Positions 12,951 through 27,018 of a stretch of DNA of 64,000 nucleotides are shown here, piece by piece; position 1 is the stretch's first letter; the number at the start of each line of letters is the position of its first letter. The DNA lies in contig NC_068982.1 in assembly GCF_001194135.2 (NCBI RefSeq), positions 91,142,793 to 91,206,792 on the forward strand, given 5' to 3'. The position numbers and the translations under genes are program-made. A model generated the notes under the pieces. The model was not told the origin of the DNA and made no database searches. It was given only the letters and a program-made list of their open reading frames with translations. This DNA is from Octopus bimaculoides (Eukaryota).

Positions 12951-13547
12951 TATATATACTATATATACTATATATTAATATTTATAAACCTGTATATATT
13001 ACATATTACATATGTATGCGTGTGCATTTGTGCGTGCACATGTGTGGGGGGGGGGCTATCAAAGCGTTTCCGCGTATGACCACTTCTTAAACACTAATAG
13101 CTCTTCTTAAAGAGCAACGGCAACAGAAGACGCAGACGCGTGGGCCACCGGAAAACTGCAGCTAATTCCTCCTACAGGTTTCCTTCATGTTGGAGAAAAG
13201 TGCGGAAGTGGTGGTACTTGAACGTTGCAGTCGCTGTAACAGCAAACGTCAACAACCACTTGATCCTTTGTTAAGATGTTTCTGTGTATCGTATTGATTA
13301 TGCTGTACGAAACAAACAAAGAACATCATTCGCGATTCGGAGTCAACAGATACAATATATATTTGTACGATCATAAAGTGGACGATCATCAGGTTATACA
13401 CCAGTCTCTTTGTCAGATATTGTACCAGGAACTAGAATCCAACATTCCTGGAGTGGTTTTATTAGTCTTTCTCATCTAACATTTAACTGTCAACAATATC
13501 GTTCCCATATTCATTGCGTGTCAAGACCCTGTGCATGTATGTACATA

Positions 13548-13586
<39 letters not shown>

Positions 13587-13702
13587 ATATATCCATGTGT
13601 AAACAGTGACAGAGAGAAACGTGCATATGTGCGTAAGTGTGTTATATATTTGTGTTTACAGGAGTGCGAAGGAATCAGTAAAAATATAGAGCTGTTTGAT
13701 TA

Positions 13703-14024
13703 TCGAGGGTTCCATTTGATCCGATCAACAGAACATCTTGCTCATGAAATTAATGTGCAAGTGGCTGAGCACTCCACAAACACGTGTACCCTTAACGTAG
13801 TTCTCAGGGAGATTCAGCGTGACACAGAGTGTGACAAAACTGGCCCTTTGAAATACAGGTACAGCAGAAACAGGAAGAAAGAGTGAGAGAAAGTTGTGGT
13901 GAAAGAGTGAAGGAGCTTTAGGTGTTTTCGCTCAATAAATAATTACAACGTCCGGTCTGGAAATCGAAACCGTGAACCTACAACTGTGAGTCCGCTGCCC
14001 TAACCACTGGACCATTGCGCCTCC
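13703..14024 (-). mobile_element. tRNA-derived SINE family C
   Basis: Reverse complement begins ggaggcgcaatggtccagtggttagggcagcggactc (A box) ...ggtttcgattt (B box). The body gtcacgctgaat...cacttgcac.ttaatttca is shared with 19592-19895 (+) and 46960-47258 (-); a degenerate head is at 15782-15960 (+). Confidence 0.85.
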
Positions 14025-14491
14025 GCTGCAAATAAAATCAAGCAAGGCAGGGGAACGAACATTGGACGAAGAATAACGGAAATACTGCAGGTCATATAAT
14101 CTAATGAACTATCACTGATAAATATTTACCGCTGAATATTTACCAACAAAATGGCTTTCACGTAATATTAATTTCGAATTGCGTCAATACGTTAATGACT
14201 TGTAAACTCAGTGGAGGCTTTCGGTCAACAGTTATTTAATCGTTCATCTTATAAGCACATAAAAGTTCTCAAAAAATTTAATCGAATACTGTTCTACATT
14301 AAGTCAGATCTCACTAAATCAAGATACATTCTGTGTTGACTTGTAAACTAACTCTGGGCTTTATTTAAGATTAAAAAGAAAGAAAACAGAAATATGTTGT
14401 AAATCAATGCTTTACCTTTGCGGTAATTTAGGGCTCTATATTCAGTTACCTAGCTCCAAGCCATGTTTGATTGAGCAGACGCATGATTCAC

Positions 14492-14553
<62 letters not shown>

Positions 14554-15041
14554 AGAGAGAGTGTGTGTGTGTGTGTCTATACGTATGTGAGTGTGTCTGA
14601 GAACGAAACAGACAGAGAGTGTGTGCTCAGAGTGTTACAGAGGGAAGGGAATGGTAAAAGAATGGACTAAAAAAACTAGTAAGAGTTTGTATGTCTTACA
14701 TCTTTGCAACTAGGTTACAAACTTCCTTTTTAAATGTTGCTATATAATATTTCACGCTTTACCCCTCCGAGTCAATAACATTAGTATAAATAATATTCTC
14801 AAGAAAATGGACGTTATTGTTAAACCATGGGTTAATTTTCTTGCGTACAACATCAGATTTTGCTTCCGAAATACTTTTGATTTGGACCACATTATCAAAT
14901 GTCCTCTCCTTGTTTTTATCGATTCTGTTTTCGATGTAATTTGAAGGATAATTTAAAAGTTCAATATTTCTTTACACAAGTTTACTCTTGTTTGTGATAA
15001 CGTCAAAAAGTAATCATTTTTCTCGTATTGTCTTTTTTCAG

Positions 15042-15197
15042 CAAAAACTCAGACGTTCTGTGGGTTTGAGGATGAATCTATTTGTGGCTTTGAACAAGAA
15101 AATGGTACAGATTTCTTTGATTGGTCGCGGAATAAAGGTGGAACTCCATCTGCAGGAACAGGCCCTGAAAATGATCATACATGTGAATCTCCAAACG
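15042..15197 (+). CDS. Internal exon of a MAM-domain protein: MAM N-terminal part (phase 1-1)
   Basis: Acceptor tcttttttcag and donor G|gtaaat. Translates xKTQTFCGFEDESICGFEQENGTDFFDWSRNKGGTPSAGTGPENDHTCESPN(G), matching the MAM pattern CxFE..C...D.FDW....GTPS..TGP..DHT. Confidence 0.95.
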
Positions 15198-16429
15198 GTA
15201 AATAATTCATTTTATTGAACGTTTAACAAATAAAACATACTGGCATAAACGAACGTGTAATTTTAGATAAACGTTCTAACATGTAAATATTTTTGTATAC
15301 ACACTGCAAATAAACACGTGTGCGCGTCTGTGTGTGCCTCTGTGTGTGCCTCTGTGTGTGCCTCTGTGTGTGTGTGTGTGTGTGTGTCTGTGTGTGTGTG
15401 TGCGCGCGCGCCTCTGTGTGTGTGTGTCTGTGTGTGTGTGTATGTGTGTTCAAATACTACTTTGATTGTTTTTGACTTTTATCCTTCTTGGTTTAATAAA
15501 TAAAAGAAGTAACTGTAATATTGAGGTCGATTCAACCTACTATATAATTCCCTCTTAACAAATATAATTACACAATTAATTATATAATGTTCTGTTTCAT
15601 TAAATCTTTTTATTTCTGAGTGGAAAACTCAGCATGTTTCACTTGAAATGCTTGACCAATTCGATAGACTATCAACCTCTTTAATAATATGTATTTCTTT
15701 GTCACTATTAGGAATCAATATAAGTTTGACCGTAGCATAGAAATACCAATTATAATGAAGATATAGTCTGTTCAATAAATGCACGTGGCCTAGTGGTTAA
15801 GGTATTGCACTTACGATATTGCGATATTGTGGTTCGATTCTTGGACCCTGCTGTGGAATGTGTTCTGGAGCGAAATACTTCATTTAATGTTGCTTCAGTC
15901 CACTCTGCATTAAATGAGTGACCCTGTGACGAACTGGCGTTCCGTTCGGTGGGGAGAGGAAATGTTACGATTTAGGGATCTATGTCACTTATACGGCATA
16001 GGAGCCGGATAAATGGCTATATGAGTCCTAGGACTCAGGATAGTAATGTCCAATAGTCTATTGAATAGTCATAGGGTGTCGATCAACTATTTGACACAAC
16101 TTGTAGAGAACCGATATAAATACACTTCAGTGTTTAATTACTTTTCTCTACCATCCGAATTCAAAACCTACCTAAATAACTTTTCTTCTCATCCTTCTCA
16201 GGTGTCAATAGAGTTGCGTATAAATAATATGCTGATGAGGAGTTCAGTTACTTTCAAGATGCTGATTTGTACCGAATTGAGGAGGTCAATATGTTTACTC
16301 ACACTCTTAGTTGTGAGTGAGAAATCATAGAGCTAATTGATAAATATTTGGTGGACGTATCCATATCCTGGTTTTAATTTGATTGGATATATTACATGTC
16401 ACTCATTGGGTAATACTTTCGTGAGAAAG

Positions 16430-16720
16430 CTGATCAGCGGAACGTTCAATGTTTTCTTGTGTAAAATACACAAATTTGGTGCTAAGAAATAAAAACGCTC
16501 TTTCAATTAACAGAGCTAGTATCAAGCGCGGTCGATCAAAAGGCAAAGGATATACTCCTTCTGAGCCAACTCTACCTTTCGAATTCAATTTCCGGTTGAT
16601 TACCGCTTGCAGAGTAAAGATGAAGGAGATTAGTAGCTGGTCAGCTAAGGACATGATCTGGTTTCGATTACCAACAGGAACAGTTTCCTGTACATCAAAA
16701 ATTGCCCTCGTGAAAGGCAT
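16430..16720 (+). mobile_element. Possible decayed Helitron PIF1-helicase fragment
   Basis: RASIKRGRSKG...PSEPTLPFEF followed after a frameshift by QFPV..RL, resembling Helitron IEATILTG..KG....PRI..PS..LPFEFKRLQFPVRL. Confidence 0.4.
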
Positions 16721-17369
16721 TAACGTTGAGACGTATCTTTTCTCTTATCCTCAGAAAGAAAAATGTTTTGTTTTGCTCTATTTTAAGGCAGATGGCAAAA
16801 CGATAGCGCACCGGGAAAATGCCTTATGATATTTAGCTATGAATAGGGTTACGTTGTGGGTTCAAATGTGCATTAAAACAGCGAAATAACGGAGCGATGA
16901 ATTGAGTACCTTGTGGTGTTTGTTCTGACTGTCTACGCTCTGAATGCAAATCTTGCCAAGTATCAATTCAGAATGAAGGATTGGTTGGCAGAACAGTAAG
17001 AACTGGATACCTTGTGATATTTGTTACTTTTTTTCGCGTTCTGAGCTCGAATCCCGCCATCGCCTACTTGTGCCGTCGATTCAATCTGTTGCCTCGTTTA
17101 GCACCATCACCTGAGTACATTACATATCGTCGGTGCCTTTAGCAGAGCCTATTCTATGGTACACATTTTGGTCAAGCTTTTGGTTTGAAGACAACTTCCT
17201 CTCTCCCATCCACTCACACACACACACACACACACACATACCTGTCTTGGAGAGCTTGTAAAGTTTCATTATAAGTACTACCTTCTTTCAAAAGAGTAAT
17301 TAAATAATTTACACCTGGATCAGGTTTGTTAGTGATTTTCATCCTTCCATGTTGAGCAAAATGTATACA

Positions 17370-17584
17370 GGCGCAGGCATGGTTGTGGGATTAAGCAGGT
17401 CGCTTCGAAACCACGTGGTTTCGGGTTCAATTCTACTTATCGTGCGGCACCTGGGTAAGTGTCTTCTACTAAAGTCCCACACCGATCAATGCCTTGTGAG
17501 TGAGTCTGGCAGACAGAATCTGTTTGGAGGCCCGTTGTATATATGTATGTGTGTGAGAGTGTGTTGGAGAGAAAGAGAGAGATA

Positions 17585-17631
<47 letters not shown>

Positions 17632-17800
17632 GGTTTACGTCCCCGTGCTTTAGTGGTTCGGCAAAAGAGAAGATAAAATATGTACCAGACTAAAAGGAAA
17701 ATTAGTACTGGGTCGATTTATTCGACTAAACTTTTCAAGCCGTTGCTCCAGCTTGGCCGCAATCAAATGACTGAAACAAGTAAAAAATAAAAGATAAACA
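17370..17800 (+). mobile_element. SINE family B copy with internal (TG)n and a 3' extension
   Basis: ggcgcaggcatggttgtggg...ggtttcgggttcaatt...ctgggtaagtgtcttctac. Confidence 0.75.
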
Positions 17801-18777
17801 TAGGTTAAGAATTGAGTTCAATTTAATCGAAGGTTTCTCTTCTGCATACATTTGCAGGCTTGTGACAAATGCTGAAAATCGATATCGATAGATTATTAAT
17901 ATAACATGATTATAGGAACAATAAAACATCTTAGCATATTTAATTTTCTCTATGTTTTAAGTTCAACTCCATTTGTGTCAGCTTTACATTTCATCACTGC
18001 GGATCGATAAAATAAGAGCCAGTAATACAATCAGGTTGAGTCAATCGATAACATCCGTCCTTCTTTATTAAGAGAAAAAGAATTTTTGATTACGTCAAAA
18101 GAATTCAATACAGTTTAACATTATTTCATACTCTAAGGATCTTATTTTCAACAAATTTGTTTAATTCTTTTCGTTGGCAAGAAAGAAATTAAAATCATGC
18201 AAAGACTCAACAAGCAATATTTTAGAAACTGTAAAAAAGCAGAAATGCTGAAATTTATTAAAACTATATCAAACAAATTTTGAAAAATATAATAGCTTTT
18301 CTGTTTCAAATAACAGAAAAATTGAATGAAAGGTTAAAAATGGCGTCTTCGAAAAGTATATAAATATATAAAATAACATTCTTGTGGTTTTAATGAAGAA
18401 GTAAAAATTAACACTGTAATTTGCATCACTGAATAAACTGCAATGATGTGAAAGTTGTGGCCGGAAGGTAGACCAGGTTTTTTGCCGAGTACTAGCGTTC
18501 GAATTTGTTTATAAAGATTAAATAGACACAGAATACTTGTGAAAATAATAATCATAATAATTTCTAACATTAATATAGTAATAATGATATAGCAACAATA
18601 ACGGTAACGATAAAATCAGCAGCAACACCATCGATAATGAAGCATTCTAAAATTTTAATTAAGGCTATATTTGAAGAAGTTTTCTTGAAAATTCAGAGAA
18701 GCATCTGCCTTCTGCAATGCAAATTCAATTAATTCATTATTCGTTAACAAAAATACAATTACCCTTAAATGATTTGA

Positions 18778-18850
<73 letters not shown>

Positions 18851-18923
18851 NNNNNNNNNNNNNNNNNNNNNNNNNNNNNNNNNNNNNNNNNNNNNNNNNN
18901 NNNNNNNNNNNNNNNNNNNNNNN

Positions 18924-18956
<33 letters not shown>

Positions 18957-19591
18957 AGAGAGAGAGAGAGATCAAATCATTTAAGGGTAAAGAGAGAGGG
19001 AAAATAACTACATGCGTTCAGCCACATCTCTTCGTCGGGGCATCATCTTTTTGTAGTACACCTAGAGGCAAGTCAGTATGACAGAGATATTCCTCTCCAA
19101 GCTAAAAGTATGGAAGGATATGAGATCTACACGTTAACTGAAACACTTGTCAGTTATACACCCCAGAACAACACCGCCCTCTTCTTCAAATAAGCACCTT
19201 TTATGATGGTGATCTGCTGTACTTTCCTATATGCTAATTTACAGTTTAGTAGAGCATCGGATCTTTTCACGGCACTGTAAAAATACTGCTCTTTCGTCAG
19301 TACCCCTATCTACCTTACACAATCAACTCAGTTGAATTTCATATGACACAAAGTTAAATGAATATGTAATATGCTATACAAGTGAGTATTAGTTACGCTA
19401 AACTGTACTGTATTAGTAATTAGTTTAGTATATATTATAAAATAACATACATTTAGGTTATTTCCACACATAAAACATTTAACCTTGCTGTTGAATAGTA
19501 CAATAGTTATTGCCACAAACGAGGTGACGTTTTATAGCAGCTGACTCTCTTCCAGCGTTCTTGCCTTTCAATCATGTGGGTTACTGAACGT

Positions 19592-19895
19592 GAAGTCGCA
19601 TGGTTTAGTTGTTAGAGTATTCGGTTCACGATCGTAAGGTTGTAAGATTGCTTCCTGGCGGCGCATTTTGCCCTTAAGCAAGACACTTTGTTTCACGTTG
19701 CTTCAGTCCTCTCAGCTGACAAAAATGAGTTATACCTGTAAATCAAAGAGCCAGCCTTGTCTCATTCTGTGTCACGCTGAATCTTCCTGGCAACTACTTT
19801 ATGAGTATACGCGTTTGTGGAGCGCTCAACCATTAGCACATGAATATCACAGCACACTGTTCTGTTGATTGGATCAACTGGAATACTCACGATCA
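19592..19895 (+). mobile_element. SINE family C copy
   Basis: tRNA-like head plus the ctgtgtcacgctgaatc...ttgattggatcaactggaa body shared with 13703-14024. Confidence 0.8.
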
Positions 19896-20682
19896 TAACT
19901 GAAGAATGCAGTTTACGGAAGGTATTAAACAAGCAGTTACATGTGTGAGCGGGCACAATTTAATTTATACTGTAAAATACTATATAATGGGCAAATATAT
20001 CATATTTATAATATTAAATGTAAATCCGAATACTTAACATTACAGTTTGAAATTTAAAATTGTGTCGAGGTATTTAAAACACTGTGCTCCACATAGCCGT
20101 AAGTATACATCATGTTTGGATGCAGCTCTGGAAAAGTAGAATGAAAGCGCAAGGTTACATAACTGATATTTCGCTAGCATACAGCAGAAGACTTGAAACG
20201 TAATAAGCCTTAGAATTATAGCTGAGTAATTTCATTTCTTATACTAGAGATTTCCGCCAGAGACAGAGATAGGTTCGTTCTCGCTAATGCTAGCATTTGT
20301 AACAGAATTTACAAATGGTCATGAAAATCTTTGACACTCTTTAAAGGACTAATATTTATATCTAATGCGGCAAGCACCGTGTAGTAGCAGAAAGCTGTTG
20401 ACGAGGTGTTGTGGAACATGCATGACTCCCTGTTGATATTAGTAACCTTAAAGTACAGCTTTACTTCTCTGAAGAATATAATATCACATAAATTTATTCC
20501 TTTCTACAGGAAAGCGATGTGTTCGGTGATGACCAGTCGACCTATGAAAGGTTATACGAGACGTTTATGCTCTTTGTTTGATGTACCGTATCAGGCAGCT
20601 CTAAACCATTCCAATGTATACCCACCTCATTCTTTCCATCCTATAAATTGTTAATATCTATTTCTCTTTTTCTTACATTTAG

Positions 20683-20834
20683 GGCATTTCATGTACATCG
20701 AAGCCTCAGCTAAAGGACGTGGACACAGAGCCGTTCTCAAATCCCCAATTTACAGAGCCTTCAACCAACAATGCGTTCAATTCTTTTACCATATGTATGG
20801 CAATCATATTGGCACTCTTAACGTTTTCACACAG
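20683..20834 (+). CDS. Internal exon, MAM domain middle (phase 1-0)
   Basis: Acceptor ttttcttacatttag and donor CAG|gtttgt. Translates (G)HFMYIEASAKGRGHRAVLKSPIYRAFNQQCVQFFYHMYGNHIGTLNVFTQ with the MAM motifs YIEAS, L.SP and C..F.YHMYG..IG.L.V. Phase matches the preceding exon. Confidence 0.95.
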
Positions 20835-22464
20835 GTTTGTTATTTCTAACTATTTCGTTAGACAGTGTTTATATTCTTTTTAAATTTTGTTTTGCGAGTG
20901 AAGACAGTGTTGAATTACTGTACAATTAATTATTTTGATTAATGTTTAATATGAGTTGTGTGGCGGAGACGGTAAAGCGTCCTTTTAAAATGCCTTACAG
21001 TATTTCGTTAAGTTTTTCCACATATGAGCTGAAATCCCGTCAGAATCGATTTTGTCTTTCATCGTCCCAGAATCTGTAACAATAATACAAGTAAAGCACT
21101 AGAACCGATTAAATCAACCGATTAAATCCCCCAACGTATGACGATGTGCCAATGAAAAACCGTAAAAGTTTGAGACAATAAAGGCTGTGGGGTGCTATCT
21201 GCAATATATGAACAGCTTTGCCAAATTCATAAGTGTTTCGTAATCCTGCAGTGATGAGTTCTAACCACCACCACCACCACCCCTACCATCAACACTCTCT
21301 TCTGTTTCTAGACGAGTCAGATAGTCCTGCACTTTCTGCAACTCACCTAGATATCTGAAATAAGGATCAGTTACTTTTCTGGGAAAGCTAACACCGACAC
21401 AATATCGTATTATCCAGTCTTCAGTTTATTGTTCATTCGTTTATCACTACGGAAACCGAAATCGACCCTTGGCAATGAAGATCTTTAAGATTTTGAAAAG
21501 AACGGTTTATAATTCACACGGTAAGCGCCGTGTCGTACGACTAACTCCCAAATTACAAGATGAAGCAGATGATGAATATCCTTGTAGAGATTCTTTTTTA
21601 TAACATTCAAGCTTTGGCGGTGTGATCGAAGATTCATAGCTATAACGGAGGTTAGAAATATGGCAGCAGATTTTGTTCGTTGAGGTTTTCTCCCAGTTTT
21701 ACGTGTATGTGAGATGGTGAAAGTGCATTGTTCTTATCTTGCACAGCTGTGCTGCTTTTACACAACTATCTTAGACCAGTTCAAGAAAAACATTTGGTTG
21801 ACTTACAAAGAGCCACGATGGTGTCTCTTCAGTGCCTCTTAGTTAGCCATGAGCATATACCTTGATCACGGTGCCAACCACATTATTTTATCAGTATAGT
21901 TAGCTTTATACATGAGTTATGAAATGAACCTCAGTTCTACAAGCTAACGAAAGGCTGATCAGTTTTACAGAGCAGTTCTTGTGTTACTTCGAGAGTGATA
22001 AACTGTTTTATCTTGTGACACCTATATTCACCGAGAAACAGAGTAGATACCTTGTCCATGGACACATCAATCAGTTGTTTTGTACTCTACTGATTTCGTT
22101 ATCTACACTTCCCAGTTACTTAATAATGGATCTTCGATTTGAACTGTATGTTCAAACTGAACTGGCAAAACCTGCGTGGATGTATTGCTGTGGTTGATGA
22201 AGACTGCCAGTGGTCTATAGTATTTGCTCTAGCTTTATTTATTGTGCTAGAATTACTGATGATAGCTCACACACACACACTTCTTCACCAAAACGTGGTA
22301 ATAATTCAAATAAAGAGGGAGATGAATAGTAGAGATCGTGATGTACAGAAGTCTTTCGATTCGTCCTTCTACGTTGTGAATTCAAATCATAATACACTAA
22401 AAAATTACTTGAAATGCATTACATTCATTTCATCAACTCTAAGCCTTTTCCTCCCTCCTCATCC

Positions 22465-22558
<94 letters not shown>

Positions 22559-22559
22559 T

Positions 22560-22605
<46 letters not shown>

Positions 22606-24379
22606 CACATAAAGCTGCCAGTACGCAGAATAAGATCTTAACCGCAATCTGGAGATTGAAGGGGATTCTCTTCGCTAACACCTATTTGTTCTTTTCATAA
22701 AACAGAGCCTTTGGGTCTAGTAAAAGTATACAATATTTCAGAGAAAATTCAATCTTTAGTCATTTATGAATAGCTCAGCTCTCCTTTCATGAAGAAAAAT
22801 TTCAAAGAAACCAGTAACTTGAACAAGAGTGTCAAACTTTATGAAGCATCGAACCTTCTCTCTAAGGCTAAGTAAAATTCATGACACTTATGAAAATGAA
22901 ATCTTTTAAATTTAATTTCAGTTGTTAAATATCGTGATTACTATGAAATAAATAAATCGAGATGCTTAACAGAGCTTAATGCAGTAAACTATAGCCAAGG
23001 GGACTTGCTAATAGAGGAGCAACTTCCACAACAAAAGTGATGCATTTTCCTTTGTTCGTTGATGCTTTCCAACTAGGTTATTGGTTTTTTGGAAGCAAAT
23101 CATTATGAAAATAAATAATAACTATTTTCCTAAAGGAATGGATCCCTGCCTAGATCTACTTTTAAAAGAGAAATAATCTTATCCACTTCTTTTATCTGTC
23201 TTGAAATTATAGGAAAATAAAATAACTTTAGGAGGATTTAAAGACAAAGATTTTGAAAAGCTGAGTTTATTTTTGCTATGTTTTGTTTACCAGACTTGAA
23301 CTAGCAGACCTGTTAAAAGACCTTCTAACCATATCATCCCATCTTTCCGTATATATGAGACTACATTTTTCCAATGTACCTTTCCTTTTTTGAAGATCTA
23401 GGTCGGTGATTTATAGAGATTTAGTTGCTATTTCTTGAAGATCAGGCGCCCATTTAAACGGTCCCTCGCTGACTCCAAAGTAGTTGCCAATTCTGAACCC
23501 CTGTCTTTATACCGTTTTTACATTTAGAGAATTAGGAGACATTTGGTTGCAAGAAGAGAAGGACCTTTGGATATGAACATATTTTTAGTATTTCATTCAT
23601 CTCAATGAGATACGAACTTATAAATGCATGCCACCATTCTATATATCTGTTTTATTACACTTGGCTTGAACCATTCGTTATATTTCCTATCTTAGTTAAA
23701 GGAATTGAAGCAGTTCTCATAGCGTTTATCGAACAATCTAGATGTTCCACTGACTCACGATGGTCAAGAAGTTGCATATATCTGTTCCCAACTCCATAGA
23801 TATGTAAAACAATTAGTGAAAACATCGAGCATATTACTAAGCCATGCTCAGACACGAGCGGCAGTTGTGCTGCTTTTTCTTCTTTTTTACTTTTTTTTTA
23901 TTTCTCAGCCACAATGCTTGTTAATGCGAGAATATCGAGAAGAAAATAATATAGACGACAAAAAAATTCAGAATAACAAATTCGGCGAATTATTATTCCT
24001 GGCAAAGGAATCAAAAATACTATTTGGAAAATCCTAATCTTAGTAATGATTTCCGATAAAAGCCAAAAATAATCGTTTTATCTTCAAATGAAAAAGAAAT
24101 CTGTCATTTGTAAATATTACTAAGTTAACTTGGGAGGATGTTATTTATGCAACAGGAATGTAACGCTTTGGTGCGGCATCTAATGATAAGGAGCAGCGAA
24201 TAAATTTCAAGGCAAGTTGCTGATATAACAAAATATGTATTTCTACTTTACTTTCAGTATCTCTCTTCTGCTTTCTCTTTGTTGCTACGTTATACATGCT
24301 CACATTTATTTCCATGTGTGTCTATGAGTGTCTGTTTGATTTTCTTTTACTTAAAGAGTCTGAAGGAAAAGACAGGACT

Positions 24380-25440
24380 CATGACACTTGCAGTCCCAAG
24401 CGACAATGGTATGACCAATGTCGATGATGTTCTGTTTAAATTGTTGCAGCTCAACATCTGCGAGAATGACATGAGCAGGGGGAGAAATTCTAGAGAGCTG
24501 ATGTTCTGGAGAGGATGAGCTGTGCATAGTGGTTTGTGCGGGTCGGGGTGGCGGTTGATGCAAGAAGGTGAAGAGAGGCAGAGAAACGAGTGAGTCGGGA
24601 ATGACTGAGTGATGGATGTACGAGGTTAGTAATGATAGTAAAGACTAAGAGAGAAGAAAGCATACCTATAGGCTAGACTTTTCACTGAGTGAATCAGACG
24701 AGTGACACTTATGTGCATCTGGTCCGGGATGTCTGTACATGTGGGTACAGTATTCCATTGCGGGCTTCACTCGAGTTTGTAGAGTGTCAGCAAATTTTGT
24801 GAGCTGAAATAACGCCTGACTCTGAAGAAAAGGGGTAGTTTTTGAGATGCGATCCTAGCTATACTAAGGATAGGCTTTCGCCAAGAGAGATCCTAGGGGA
24901 TTATGAGGCCTAACATTTGGAGAGATTGTAAGGACTCTAACTGAGTGATTTTAACGTCTAAGAGGTGCGTGGTGTGGTGACGTTTTATTGACATGGTAAT
25001 CCTTGAGATTTTTAATATTAAGGTTGGCATGGCTCAAGGATATCGTGTATGGAATCGACGCAAATCTAGGTTGCTTGTGAATAATGATGGTTAGGAAAAG
25101 TTAAGGAGGAATGAAGGATTACATTATCTGGATAAGAGTTTGCATTGTTAGATGTGGTGGCATGTAGGTCATTGATGTATAGAAGGCAAAAGATGAGAGA
25201 CAAAACCGAAGCCTGGAGAACACCAGAGCTGACTGAGAAAGAAACAGAAAGAGTGCCGTCAACAGACACTACAATGGTTCAATCTGATAGAAAGTTATAG
25301 ATTCAAGAGATCAAAGATTGATGGAAAGGTACGTGAGACGATTTGACTGAAAGCTGGCATATCAGAATGGTCGAAGACTTTCCTGAAGTCTACAGCAACA
25401 ACATTGCTTTCGCCAAGCCTTTCTCAAACGATATTCCATT
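24380..25440 (-). mobile_element. CR1/Jockey-group LINE RT remnant
   Basis: Minus frame VDGTLS...VSSGVLQASVLS..F.LYINDL...YPDN (a GVPQGSVL...YADD derivative), with a 3' segment DVELQQFKQNI. Confidence 0.8.
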
Positions 25441-25689
25441 GGTAAGTGACATAAGAGAATAACTCTTTAACTAATCTGGCTCTATGGAAGCCCTTCTGGT
25501 GATCAGTGAGAAGGAAGATATTCAAGTTGTAGAACGTCAATGATAACGGTTTCCATTACCGTGGAGACGTGTGTGGGAGGGGGGAGAGAGAGAATGGACT
25601 CTGAATGATGTGGCTGGGAATCAAGCTTCTTACCACACAGCCACGATTCCTCTCCCTCTCTCTCAGCACCATCTCTTTCTCTTTCTGTA

Positions 25690-25838
25690 TACAAGTTCTT
25701 CCTAACTCATTTTATGGACTCCGAAATGATGAAAGGCAAAGTCGACCTCGGTGGAATTTAAATTCAGGACGTAAAAACGGACGAAATGTTGCTAAGCATT
25801 TTGCGCGACTTGCTACCGATTTTGCCACCTTGCCACCT
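25690..25838 (-). mobile_element. SINE family A copy, antisense to the host gene
   Basis: gatgaaaggcaaagtcgacctcgg.ggaattt...gctaagcatttt is the reverse complement of the family core and head. Confidence 0.85.
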
Positions 25839-25958
25839 TATATTTCTTATATTGTATTTTGTATTAAATGCTTTCAAAATATCATTATTCGGGTTGACTT
25901 TACTATTATAATATAATATATATAGATGCATGTATATATGTGCATGTGCAGATAGATG

Positions 25959-26024
<66 letters not shown>

Positions 26025-26828
26025 TATACACATACATACATACATACATACGTACATACATATACATACACCGTATTACACATGGTCGTTTATCTGAATT
26101 TATCCGCTATTTTAAGACTGGATAGCTTTATGAGCGGTTGATTAAATTTCTGTGATTTGTGGGGAGGGGTTGTTTTTGTTTATTCCTTTTGTTTTTGTTT
26201 TTTATTTTAAAAAGAAACAAAATTTCAATATAGTCATGAGGAAACGACATAGGGCGAAACTGTCGGAGAGTGAGCGTTTGACACAAATATACGCTGATGC
26301 AATAAGGTTGGAACGTGGAACTATTTGGTTGTGATAAACACACCTTAATAAATGTACGAATGTCTACACAGGCAACAGCTTCCCGCCGTCCAAAGATCTC
26401 CACCCCCAACATTATAGTTTTTTTTTAGCAAATGTGATTATGTGTCCGTGTCAGAGAAGGAACTTCTATATAGTCGTTTGGTCTGGTAGAAACAATAGAA
26501 AAATTTCCCTCAAATCATGAATGGACGCATCTGCTACTGTAGTTAGATGACGAGATTATCAGATCTGGAATGCCTTTTTATCATGGTTCTTCTCGGTCAG
26601 AACTGACTTGAGGCTATACAATATGTTATTTGGTATTCTTTAGAAATTGTAAATCAAAGAACAACTATTAATGCTGTTATTACCATTGCTGCTGCTGTTC
26701 TGTTGTTGCTGCTGCTATTGCTTCTGCTGCTGTTGCTTCTGTTGCTGCTGCTACTTTGTAACTAAATCGAAAGATGCTGACATTTATTTCACATCAATTT
26801 TAATTATCTTCATTCTCTTAAATCGCAG

Positions 26829-26942
26829 ACTAAAATGGAAACAGATCCTCGAGCCATATGGAGAGCTTATGGTAACCAAGGTAACGTTTGGATAAAAGCG
26901 CGTCTATCAATTCCGATAAACCTTGCCAAGACCGGATATCAA
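26829..26942 (+). CDS. Internal exon, MAM domain (phase 0-0, 114 nt)
   Basis: Acceptor ttctcttaaatcgcag and donor CAA|gtaagt. Translates TKMETDPRAIWRAYGNQGNVWIKARLSIPINLAKTGYQ (W...GNQG..W motif). Confidence 0.95.
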
Positions 26943-27018
26943 GTAAGTTGCTAATCTTTGGATTATAACGTTCAATAGAATCTGTATATTATTGTTGTCA
27001 TTATAATAACAATGATTA

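Noticed and set aside
13178-13300. Candidate upstream exon after cctacag
   Set aside because: Early stop in the phase-1 frame; the other frames have no similarity and no suitable donor.
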